DNA of 64,000 nucleotides from a virus (lineage: Duplodnaviria; Heunggongvirae; Uroviricota; Caudoviricetes): the IMG/VR virus record IMGVR_UViG_3300029705_000015, one strand, 5' to 3'. Of the stretch, positions 45,565-54,443 are shown piece by piece. The notes below the pieces were generated by a model. It worked only from the letters and a program-made list of their open reading frames with translations. It did not search any database and was not told the DNA's origin. Position 1 is the stretch's first letter. The number at the start of each line of letters is the position of its first letter. A program made the translations under genes and the position numbers.

Positions 45565-48500
45565 GTGGCAAAATTTATTACACAACTAAGACACGGAACC
45601 ACTTCTGACTGGCTCAAATCAACAGTTATTCCTGCAAAGAACGAGCTCATTGTTGAATACTGTGACAACGGTAAGAAAAGATTTAAGTTAGGTAACGGTC
45701 AAAGTAAGTTTGAAGATCTTCCTTATATCGATGGTGAGCTTGAAAGCGCAATCAACACACTGAGAAATCAGGTTTCCAATATTGTTGGATCTGGATCAGA
45801 TACCGCAGTAACAGAGTTAGAAATACGCGATATGCGTGTTGGTTACGATGAGGCGGAATATGATACAGCTGGTGAACATATCAGAGCTGTTGGTAAAGAA
45901 ACAGCTGATTTGAAAGCAAGTCTGAAACAATTTATTGATGCGGCTGCTGTTGATGGGTTGTTATATGAAAACAATCTGTTGTATCTAACAGCTGGTGGTG
46001 TTATTGTTTCAGATCCAGTTGAAGTTAAAGGTGGCTCAGGTGGTGGAGACTCAAGTAATGTTATTCTGAAGATCAGCAATAACAACGGAGCATCGTCTCT
46101 ATCAGCTGCAAATGGCTCTCCTGTTGTTCTTAAGTTTACATTTACATCTGAGGAAGACGGAGCACCCACTGGAGATTTTGCTTGTTCTATTTCTGTTGCA
46201 GGTAAAGTTGTTAAAACATTGAATCTGAAACAGGGTGCACAAGTTATCGATGTTTCTGATCTTTTGAAGGCTGGATCAAATACTGTTCGTGTAACATGTA
46301 GTGATATATACGGAAATAGTAGGAGTCTAGCTTATACATGTACTGTTATTGATCTTAGAATCTCCTCGACATTTGATTCAAGTCGTCCTTTTGATGATGC
46401 AATTATCTTCCAGTATGTTCCTACTGGTGAAATTGATAAGACTGTTCATTTCTTGATTGACGGTAAGGAAGTTGCATATAAAAATGTTTCTGCCTCTGGT
46501 AGATCAATGACTCAAGAACTACCTCTACAATCTCACGGATCTCACTCACTTGATGTTTACATAACAGCCACTCTGAATGATCAAACAATAACAAGTAATC
46601 ATCTTGTTTATGACATCATGTGTGTTGAAGCGGGAGTAGAGACTCCTTTAATTGCGTCTGTTTATCCAACAACTGAGATAAAACAGGGCAACATTATTTC
46701 TATTCCTTATTGTGTGTATGTTCCTGGAAAAGATTCAGCTGATATCACATTGAGCATCTATGAGATGATAAGTGGTGAGGAGAAAGCTTACGGAACACCT
46801 ATTGAGCTGAATGTAGATCGTTCACTACATTATTGGAATGTTCGTCAATATCCTACAGGAACAGTTAGATTCAAAATCACCTATACCGATGAAAAGTATA
46901 CTGTTTCTAAAACTCACACTATACTTGTCGAAAAATCAGATATTGATATTGATCCAGTAACTGCAAGTTTAGCATTACAGCTTTCCGCAGTAGGTAGATC
47001 TAATGATGAGCGTCCAAGTCCTGCTCATTGGACTTACAACGATATAACTACAACTTTTAACAACTTTAACTGGGTAAGTAATGGTTGGGTTGTCGATGAA
47101 AATCTCGATACTTGTTTGCGTCTAAATGGTGACGCTAATATCGATATTGACTACAAATTGTTTGATAGAGACTTCCGTGAAATGGGTAAAACCATTGAGC
47201 TTGAGTTTGCTATTAGAGATGTTAATGATAGAGAAGCTGTTGTTATTGATTGTACAGATGGCAACATCGGATTACAAGTAACAGCTGATACAGCTACATT
47301 ATCCGGCACTGGAGCAAAAGTTAACTGCACATATCGTGAAAATGAACACATTAGAGTCAGCTTCACTGTCGGTATGGTTAACAATGGAACTAGATTCATC
47401 TGTACTTATATTGACGGCATCTTATCAAACATTGCTCAATATCCTGAAAATGGTAACTTTGAGCAAACTACAGCAAAAACAATCCATATTGGATCTGAAC
47501 TTTGTGGTATTGATATCTATAACATCCGTGTTTATGATTATGAATTATCTTCGGATGAAATTGTTCAGAACTACATTGCAGACACAACACTTCCTGTACT
47601 GAAACAAGAACTGTTCGAAGATAACGATATCTTCGAAGACGGTAAGGTTAGTTACGATAAAGTTAAGACAAAGATTCCTACAGTTTTGTTTATTGGATCT
47701 ATGCCAACATTTAAGGGTGATAAGAAAAAGAATTCTGTTACAATGGTGTTTATACATCCAGATCATCCGGAATTAAACTTTACTGAGCTACTCAAGGAAA
47801 TTGACGTACAGGGTACTTCTTCTCAGTTCTATGTTCGTAAAAACTGGAAGACAAAACATAATGTTGAACATCAACATATGGTCGATCAAGTTCCTGCAAA
47901 AGTATTCTGCTTAAAAGTTGACTATGCAGAAGCAACAGGTACTCACAATACTCAAGTTGCAAACTTTGCAGAAACACTTTATTCTGAAAAGATTCCACCT
48001 CAAGCAATAGAACCTCGTGTTAGAACTACAATAGCTGGATTTCCTTGTGTTATATTTGAGCAAGAAACCGCAGATTCAGAACCGGTATTCTCTTCAAAAG
48101 CAAACTTCAACTTTGATAAGGGCGCTGAAAATGCATTCGGTTTTAGTTCTGCATTTGATACAGAGTGTTGGGAATTCTGCAACAACACTTCTAACTCTTG
48201 TAACTTCTTGGGAGAAATTCCTGACGATTGGAAGGATGATTTTGAGCCTCGTTATACAGGAAAAACTACAACTGTAATCAATGATGAAGGCGAAGAAGAA
48301 CAAGTAAACTGTTGGGACAGAATTGAAGAACTTCGTGAAAAGCAGAAAGCTCTTGCTCAGGATGGTAAGGCTCTTTCTGAAGCAGAACTGAGTGAACTTG
48401 CGGAGTTGAATAGAGATACTATTGCAAGATTCAAAGAAATGCACGATTGGGTGCTAAGTACTGCAACTGTTGCTCCGGTTGAAACACAGGATGACGATGG

Positions 48501-51500
48501 TAATGTTGTTCTAGGTGGCGTTACTGATATTGATTTTACCAACGCTGCTGATCTTCCCGAACCAGTTATCTATGGTGGAAAAACATATTACAAGGACAAT
48601 AAAGAATATAGATTAGCTAAGTTTGAATACGAATTTGAAAACTATTTCAATATGCACTATTCAACTGTGTACTATGTATTCACATTCTTTGCGTTGATGA
48701 CTGACCAGAGAGCAAAGAATATGTTCTTAACATACTGGGAAACAAATGGTCAAGGTCGTTGGTATCCATATCTGTACGATAATGATACTTCTTTTGGCAT
48801 CAATAACGAAGGTGCTCGTGTATTTGATTACTATCACGAGGATACAGATAAGATTGGTACTTCCAATGTTTACAATGGTCAAAACAGCATCTTGTGGAAC
48901 AACTTTAGAGTATGCTTCCCACAAAGGATTGCAGCAATGTACGCATCATTGCGTAGTGACAAGAAGATAACATATGATAAACTTGTAGATAGATTCATCA
49001 CTCAAGGCGCTGAACAATGGAGTGCTTCTCTCTACAATGAGGATGCCGAATACAAGTACATTACAATGGCTCGTCCTGAAAATGCAGATCCTGAAAAAGG
49101 CGTTGATACAGCAAACTTGTATCAAGTTAAAGGATCAGCTGAGCATCATTTCAAGTACTTTGTTGAAAACAGAATCATGTACTGTGATAGTAAGTGGAAC
49201 TGTGGTGACTATCCATCAGATTATGCGTTCCTTCGTATCTACACACCACAAGTCGTTGGAGGTAACACTCCTAAGTATACATCAACAAAGAATGATGACG
49301 GTACAATTGAAATCACAAGTAACTGGTTGATTAACAACGGAACTGAAGATGTAGATACTGGATTAGCTGTTACTTTCGATGAAGATAACGCAATAATTGC
49401 TCCAGAAATTGTCGATAAGATTTGGCATATCAATGGAGTTAGTACAAACATTGAAGTTCTCGGAGATCCGCTTGTTGTTACTCCGGATCCAAGTATTACA
49501 GTAAAAACATTCTCCTCAATGTACGCAGGAGTCAAGTACAAGGCTAATGGTACATTCCAGAGTCAAAAACTTATGGCTGGAGAGTCACATAAATTCTCTC
49601 CTCCAAATCCGAAAGAAATATTCAACGATACAGAAACCGGTATCTATGGTGCTAGTGAGATATCTTCACTTGGAGATCTATCTCCTCTGTATTGTGGTGT
49701 TATAAATGTTTCCTCTTGCAAGAAATTAACTGATCTGATTATTGGTAATCACACGAGCGGTTACAAAAATGATAATTTCCGTGAATTAAGTATCGGTAGT
49801 AACAAGCTCTTGAAAAAGATTGATGTTACAAACTGTACTGGTCTCGGACTGGATCACGGAAACGGCACTCCTCAGTTAACACTTGATGTTTCAAACTGTC
49901 CTAACATCGAAGAAATCTATGCAGAAGGAACAAACTTACAGAATATTCAGTTGCCTGATTCAGGTTACTTAAGAGTTCTACATGCCCCAAGTACACTAAC
50001 ATCTTTAACTATTAAGAATCAGATATATCTTACTGACGAGACATCTGAAGAACATCCTGTTCCTAACTTGAAGATTGACGATTGGTCAAAGATTAAACAG
50101 CTATTTATTGAAAACTGTCCAGGTCTTGATACTCGTCGGTTACTTGAGAACTGTAGAGATGATGAGGGTAACTGGACGGTTGATCGTGTCAGATTGACTG
50201 ATGTGGATTGGACAGTTCCCGATGTTACTTTCTTGAAGTCGCTGTATTCCGTTAAGGGTAGCGACAAGCTCAATGTTAATACAGACCATGCATATCTTAC
50301 AGGTAAGTGTTATATTGAAACACTTACTGGTGAAGAAATGGCTGAAATAAATAGCATCTACCCATATCTCGAAATCTCATTCGGAACTCTAACTGCAAAA
50401 TTAACATTGAAAGATCTTGCAGGTGGAACATATGAAGTACAAGAAATTACTTGTTCTAACAATGTTGGCGGAACAGGAACTTGTCCTATAACTGCTGGTA
50501 GAATTCCTACTCCAACAAGAACTGGAAACGAACAGTATACTTATACTTGGGGCGGATGGTCAAGAAGCCTTGATGGAGATCCTGATCCTGATGCTCTTCT
50601 CAATATAAGAGCTGATAGAACTGTTTATGTTGCATTTGTAAAAACCGTTAAGCAGTACGATGTTGATTTCTATAACGACAACATTCTTCTTGCAACTGTT
50701 TCAACTCCGTATGGTGGTGATGCAGCATATCCTGGTGAAGATCCAGAAAAATTAGATACTGCATACCCTGAACTCTATGATTTTAGATCTTGGTATCCAG
50801 AGCCTGTTAATATTACTGGTCCATTGAAATGTTATGCTCAATTCCAGATTGTCGAAGAAGGTGGTTGGCATACACTAGGACTGGCGGACTTTGATAAGTC
50901 AGTTGATTCAACAAACAAGACGTTAAGTATTACAGCTTACAATGCTGTTCACCCTCTTGTTAAAGTTCCTGAAACATTTACAGTTGAGAGTGCGAGTTAC
51001 AGTACGACTTCAGTCGCGGGATTCAATCAGTCAGTTGTGGAGCTTGTTGATCTTCCGAATACATTACAAACAATTTCTGCAAACACATTCAGTGATTGTA
51101 CAAAGTTATCAGAAATTGATATTCCAACAAGTGTTAACTATATTGGATCGAGAGCATTCTATAATTGTACAACTCTTGATAAAGTTAACTACAATGCAGT
51201 TGAAGCAACTGCAGGAACATATAACGGTTATATCTCGCAAGGTCCTTTCAATGGTTGTGTTTCAAGTAAGGGATTCGTTGTTAGAATTGGAAACAAAGTT
51301 GAAGTAATTCCTGCTTCAATGTTCTCTCAAGGAAATACTAATGAGAATACTGTTATAAGAATTGAGTTTGAAGACACCCCTGTTTGTGCGGAAATCGGTG
51401 AATATGCGTTTGCTCGTGTGTCTCTTGAAAAACTTGAGCTTCCAAGCTCTATCAAGAAGATAAAAAGTTACGCATTCCGTAACAATTCTAAGATAACTGA

Positions 51501-52230
51501 GCTGGTACTTCCCGAAGGTCTAACAACTTTAGGTGATTCAGTATTTGTAGAATGGAAGAGACTTAAAAAAGTAACAATTCCTAGTACGGTATCCTCTATT
51601 GGATCTAGTTTGTTTGCAAGTTGTCCTGAACTGGAAACAATCATTGTTGATAGTAACAATGCTCAGTACGTATCTATTGATAACTGTTTGATTGATAAAG
51701 TTAGTAAGCAACTGATTCAAGGATGTAAAACAAGTATTATTCCTGAATCTGTAACTTCTTTTGATTCATCAGCATTCAAAGGGTGTACAAATCTGATGTC
51801 TGTTGTAGTTCCTTCAACCGTAAGTGAAATTCCAAGTGAGTGCTTCTACGAGTGCACTAACTTGACATCTATTGCTTTCCGTGGTAATGTAACAAACATT
51901 CGTGCTCAAGCATTCTACTCTTGTTATAACTTAGATATCAATCTTCCTGATTCAGTTACTTCGATCGGAACGAATGCATTCTCATATAACAAAGTTACAG
52001 AAACTCTTACAATGCCGTCTAAGTTGACAAACATTGGAGCTAAAGCATTCTCTAGTTGTGAAAAGTTAACAACAGTTGACTTCCGTAATGTTGAAGATCT
52101 TCCAACAATTTCTGATGACGCCTTTGCAAGTTGTGCTGCTTTGACGGAAATCATTGTTCCTTGGGAAGAAAACAAAGTTGTTGGAGCACCTTGGGGAGCT
52201 ACAAATGCAACTATCAAGTATAATTCATGA
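45565..52230 (+). CDS. giant fibre/receptor-binding protein: Mtd_N-like, Ig/LamG-like, CotH-kinase-like, LRR and BspA-type LRR
   Basis: QLRHGT..W...KLGNG; LYIDG-type LamG strand (TYIDG); QGTSS..RKNWK...DQRAKN...YLYDNDTSFG; C-terminal IP.SV..IG..AF..C..L repeats. Confidence 0.75.
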   Translation: MAKFITQLRHGTTSDWLKSTVIPAKNELIVEYCDNGKKRFKLGNGQSKFEDLPYIDGELESAINTLRNQVSNIVGSGSDTAVTELEIRDMRVGYDEAEYDTAGEHIRAVGKETADLKASLKQFIDAAAVDGLLYENNLLYLTAGGVIVSDPVEVKGGSGGGDSSNVILKISNNNGASSLSAANGSPVVLKFTFTSEEDGAPTGDFACSISVAGKVVKTLNLKQGAQVIDVSDLLKAGSNTVRVTCSDIYGNSRSLAYTCTVIDLRISSTFDSSRPFDDAIIFQYVPTGEIDKTVHFLIDGKEVAYKNVSASGRSMTQELPLQSHGSHSLDVYITATLNDQTITSNHLVYDIMCVEAGVETPLIASVYPTTEIKQGNIISIPYCVYVPGKDSADITLSIYEMISGEEKAYGTPIELNVDRSLHYWNVRQYPTGTVRFKITYTDEKYTVSKTHTILVEKSDIDIDPVTASLALQLSAVGRSNDERPSPAHWTYNDITTTFNNFNWVSNGWVVDENLDTCLRLNGDANIDIDYKLFDRDFREMGKTIELEFAIRDVNDREAVVIDCTDGNIGLQVTADTATLSGTGAKVNCTYRENEHIRVSFTVGMVNNGTRFICTYIDGILSNIAQYPENGNFEQTTAKTIHIGSELCGIDIYNIRVYDYELSSDEIVQNYIADTTLPVLKQELFEDNDIFEDGKVSYDKVKTKIPTVLFIGSMPTFKGDKKKNSVTMVFIHPDHPELNFTELLKEIDVQGTSSQFYVRKNWKTKHNVEHQHMVDQVPAKVFCLKVDYAEATGTHNTQVANFAETLYSEKIPPQAIEPRVRTTIAGFPCVIFEQETADSEPVFSSKANFNFDKGAENAFGFSSAFDTECWEFCNNTSNSCNFLGEIPDDWKDDFEPRYTGKTTTVINDEGEEEQVNCWDRIEELREKQKALAQDGKALSEAELSELAELNRDTIARFKEMHDWVLSTATVAPVETQDDDGNVVLGGVTDIDFTNAADLPEPVIYGGKTYYKDNKEYRLAKFEYEFENYFNMHYSTVYYVFTFFALMTDQRAKNMFLTYWETNGQGRWYPYLYDNDTSFGINNEGARVFDYYHEDTDKIGTSNVYNGQNSILWNNFRVCFPQRIAAMYASLRSDKKITYDKLVDRFITQGAEQWSASLYNEDAEYKYITMARPENADPEKGVDTANLYQVKGSAEHHFKYFVENRIMYCDSKWNCGDYPSDYAFLRIYTPQVVGGNTPKYTSTKNDDGTIEITSNWLINNGTEDVDTGLAVTFDEDNAIIAPEIVDKIWHINGVSTNIEVLGDPLVVTPDPSITVKTFSSMYAGVKYKANGTFQSQKLMAGESHKFSPPNPKEIFNDTETGIYGASEISSLGDLSPLYCGVINVSSCKKLTDLIIGNHTSGYKNDNFRELSIGSNKLLKKIDVTNCTGLGLDHGNGTPQLTLDVSNCPNIEEIYAEGTNLQNIQLPDSGYLRVLHAPSTLTSLTIKNQIYLTDETSEEHPVPNLKIDDWSKIKQLFIENCPGLDTRRLLENCRDDEGNWTVDRVRLTDVDWTVPDVTFLKSLYSVKGSDKLNVNTDHAYLTGKCYIETLTGEEMAEINSIYPYLEISFGTLTAKLTLKDLAGGTYEVQEITCSNNVGGTGTCPITAGRIPTPTRTGNEQYTYTWGGWSRSLDGDPDPDALLNIRADRTVYVAFVKTVKQYDVDFYNDNILLATVSTPYGGDAAYPGEDPEKLDTAYPELYDFRSWYPEPVNITGPLKCYAQFQIVEEGGWHTLGLADFDKSVDSTNKTLSITAYNAVHPLVKVPETFTVESASYSTTSVAGFNQSVVELVDLPNTLQTISANTFSDCTKLSEIDIPTSVNYIGSRAFYNCTTLDKVNYNAVEATAGTYNGYISQGPFNGCVSSKGFVVRIGNKVEVIPASMFSQGNTNENTVIRIEFEDTPVCAEIGEYAFARVSLEKLELPSSIKKIKSYAFRNNSKITELVLPEGLTTLGDSVFVEWKRLKKVTIPSTVSSIGSSLFASCPELETIIVDSNNAQYVSIDNCLIDKVSKQLIQGCKTSIIPESVTSFDSSAFKGCTNLMSVVVPSTVSEIPSECFYECTNLTSIAFRGNVTNIRAQAFYSCYNLDINLPDSVTSIGTNAFSYNKVTETLTMPSKLTNIGAKAFSSCEKLTTVDFRNVEDLPTISDDAFASCAALTEIIVPWEENKVVGAPWGATNATIKYNS

Positions 52231-52241
52231 GGAGTATGTAC

Positions 52242-52943
52242 ATGTATAAAGTAGTTACAGATGGAATAGTTGTTGACTTACTTGAAACTGTTAAATATGT
52301 TCGTTGGCTCAATAAGTCAAAGAAATTTGTTTTAACAGATAAAACGAGTGCTCATGGAATATATAGTTCAACTGGTAAAACAGTTTATACACTTGAGGGA
52401 GCAAAACTCCCTCAAGTGCTTCCAAATAAAGTTGTAAAACTTATACCAGTAACCGAGGCAGAGTTTGAACGATTAAGTACTCTGCTTCATGGTAAGCATT
52501 CTATTGATGCCGAAACAACATTGATTGTTGATGCAAGAAACAACAAGATCAACGAGCTGTCCTTAGCTTGTAAGAATGCTATTGAAAACGGCGTCAGTGT
52601 GTTATTTTCAGATAATGTAGCACATCATTTTAGATTGACACTTGAAGATCAGTTGAATTTGCAGCTTCTCGAAAAGGAAATTCAATCAGGAAGTTTAGCT
52701 GTTCTGTATCATGAAACAGGAAAGGTTTCCGAGCTTTATAGATCAACAGATATACTGAAACTTATTAAATCTGCTGATTCTCATAGAAAATATCACACAA
52801 CATACTTTAATCTTCTCAAACATTGTGTTTACAACATGTACAATCGTGATCAGATAAATGAAGTGTTCTACGGAATATCTCTAGAGGATCTTCCTATGAC
52901 GCCTGAGTTGAGACAACTGGCAAAGGAGCAACACATTGGCTAA
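52242..52943 (+). CDS. fibre-associated protein (DUF4376-like C-terminus)
   Basis: KI.EL..AC..AI.NG...HF.LT.EDQ.NL...YH...YHTTYFN.L. Confidence 0.55.
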   Translation: MYKVVTDGIVVDLLETVKYVRWLNKSKKFVLTDKTSAHGIYSSTGKTVYTLEGAKLPQVLPNKVVKLIPVTEAEFERLSTLLHGKHSIDAETTLIVDARNNKINELSLACKNAIENGVSVLFSDNVAHHFRLTLEDQLNLQLLEKEIQSGSLAVLYHETGKVSELYRSTDILKLIKSADSHRKYHTTYFNLLKHCVYNMYNRDQINEVFYGISLEDLPMTPELRQLAKEQHIG

Positions 52944-53220
52944 TAACAACACACTTTTTGCTAGATTAGTAAACATTCATGATATAGAAGCAAATTGGAA
53001 TAGAACATTTAATTTCATTCCGAGGGCTGGTGAGATTATTGTTTATGATCCAGACACAACTTATTCTTATTCAAGATTCAAAGTAGGAGATGGATTAACA
53101 GATGTTAAGAATCTTCCTTTTGTTCATGAAACAACAATAGATGCATTTGCAGCTAAGTTCTTTGGATCCTTAAATGACGATGTTGTTTACTTGAATGCAG
53201 GAAATATCAAAGATTATTAA
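52936..53220 (+). CDS. small adaptor: Mtd_N-like domain + LNAG C-terminus
   Basis: HD.EANW...FIP.AGEIIVYD...FKVGDG...LPF...YLNAGNI. Confidence 0.65.
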   Translation: MANNNTLFARLVNIHDIEANWNRTFNFIPRAGEIIVYDPDTTYSYSRFKVGDGLTDVKNLPFVHETTIDAFAAKFFGSLNDDVVYLNAGNIKDY

Positions 53221-53232
53221 GGAGAGCTATAC

Positions 53233-53514
53233 ATGGCAAATGGATATGATCCTATAAACTGGGAAAATAACATAACTCCACTTAGTGCTGAAAATTTGAA
53301 CAAGATGGATCGAGCCATTGATAATCTTTATGATAATATGCAGGCTTGGACAGAACTTCAAACAAAGCTGCCTGAATGGAAAGATTCAATTGCAGGAAAT
53401 GATGCAAGATTCGCTGAGCTGAATAATGCAATTGAGCAGATTGAACCAAAACTACTTACAACAAGTTTTGATTCTACAACAGGAACATTAAAGATAAAAT
53501 TGAAAACAACTTGA
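53233..53514 (+). CDS. small baseplate/fibre protein
   Basis: Y....WEN..TPLSAENLNKM...I motif seen at fibre N-termini. Confidence 0.55.
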   Translation: MANGYDPINWENNITPLSAENLNKMDRAIDNLYDNMQAWTELQTKLPEWKDSIAGNDARFAELNNAIEQIEPKLLTTSFDSTTGTLKIKLKTT

Positions 53515-53515
53515 A

Positions 53516-53552
53516 TAAAAATAACACGAGATATTTTCTCGTGTTATTTTTA
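53516..53552 (+). terminator. intrinsic terminator
   Basis: 16-bp inverted repeat TAAAAATAACACGAGA/TCTCGTGTTATTTTTA. Confidence 0.7.
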
Positions 53553-53600
53553 TGTTTACTTGTATATAATAATATAATTACCATTAAGGAATACTATGTT

Positions 53601-54425
53601 ATGAAGTACACAGACGATATGTTTGAAGGATATCTTGATGCAGAACAAAAGTTCTATGATTACAGAACGCAATCCGTATCGGGATCTAATATTTTCGATG
53701 AGAATACAACGGGAGTTTCCTTCTACGATCAATTTCTTGGGACTTCAGAATTAGATTACTTGCGAGATAAGAAGAATCTTGTTGGTTCAATTGTTTACAT
53801 GAGTCCGAATGAGTACTACAAAGAGTGCGGTGAACATGCTTTTGGACGACGCAAAGTGACAGCACAATCATTGAAAGATCAACGAGCTGCAGATAAAAGT
53901 ACTCTTGAACATCTAAAACAAGTAATCCAGATATATAGAAGAAGATTTCCTCTTCCATACATCAACTATGCAGAAGGTGGCCAAGAAGGTCTTCACAGAA
54001 TGTATGTTGCTGGAGAGCTACTTGGATGGGATAGCCCTAAACATCCAGTCCTTGTTATACACTGGGCGGATGAAGCAAGGCATCAGAAAGAAGTTAAAGC
54101 AAAGTTTGATTTCGAGATTGAGTCTGCTATCCGAAAGGGAGTTAAGGATGCTTTACAGTACAACTTCACTGATATAGAAGATCTAAGAACTCAGTTAGAA
54201 TTCAGTTTAGATAGAACTTTTGAATTCATTGATGAAGTTAAGAAACCTGTAGACTTCCAACTAACAGAAAAGAACAATGAGTGTGTAGTCAAAGTTCTTG
54301 ATATAGAATATTCCTTCCCGAAAGAAGATATTCATTTTGTTGAAAAGGGTTGGGATGAAGACGATCTTGATGATATTGAGCTTGATGGCGACATTGATGC
54401 ATTTCTTGCCAAATATCTAAAATGA
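53601..54425 (+). CDS. ParB/sulfiredoxin-like domain protein
   Basis: MSP.EY...FPLPYI....QEGLHRMYVA...PVL; AAGGA RBS before ATG 53601. Confidence 0.55.
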   Translation: MKYTDDMFEGYLDAEQKFYDYRTQSVSGSNIFDENTTGVSFYDQFLGTSELDYLRDKKNLVGSIVYMSPNEYYKECGEHAFGRRKVTAQSLKDQRAADKSTLEHLKQVIQIYRRRFPLPYINYAEGGQEGLHRMYVAGELLGWDSPKHPVLVIHWADEARHQKEVKAKFDFEIESAIRKGVKDALQYNFTDIEDLRTQLEFSLDRTFEFIDEVKKPVDFQLTEKNNECVVKVLDIEYSFPKEDIHFVEKGWDEDDLDDIELDGDIDAFLAKYLK

Positions 54426-54443
54426 TAACCACAAGGAGTACTG

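Noticed and set aside
53511-53600. N-terminal hydrophobic extension of ORF 53511 as a signal peptide
   Set aside because: It overlaps a terminator and a promoter motif; the RBS-supported start is ATG 53601.
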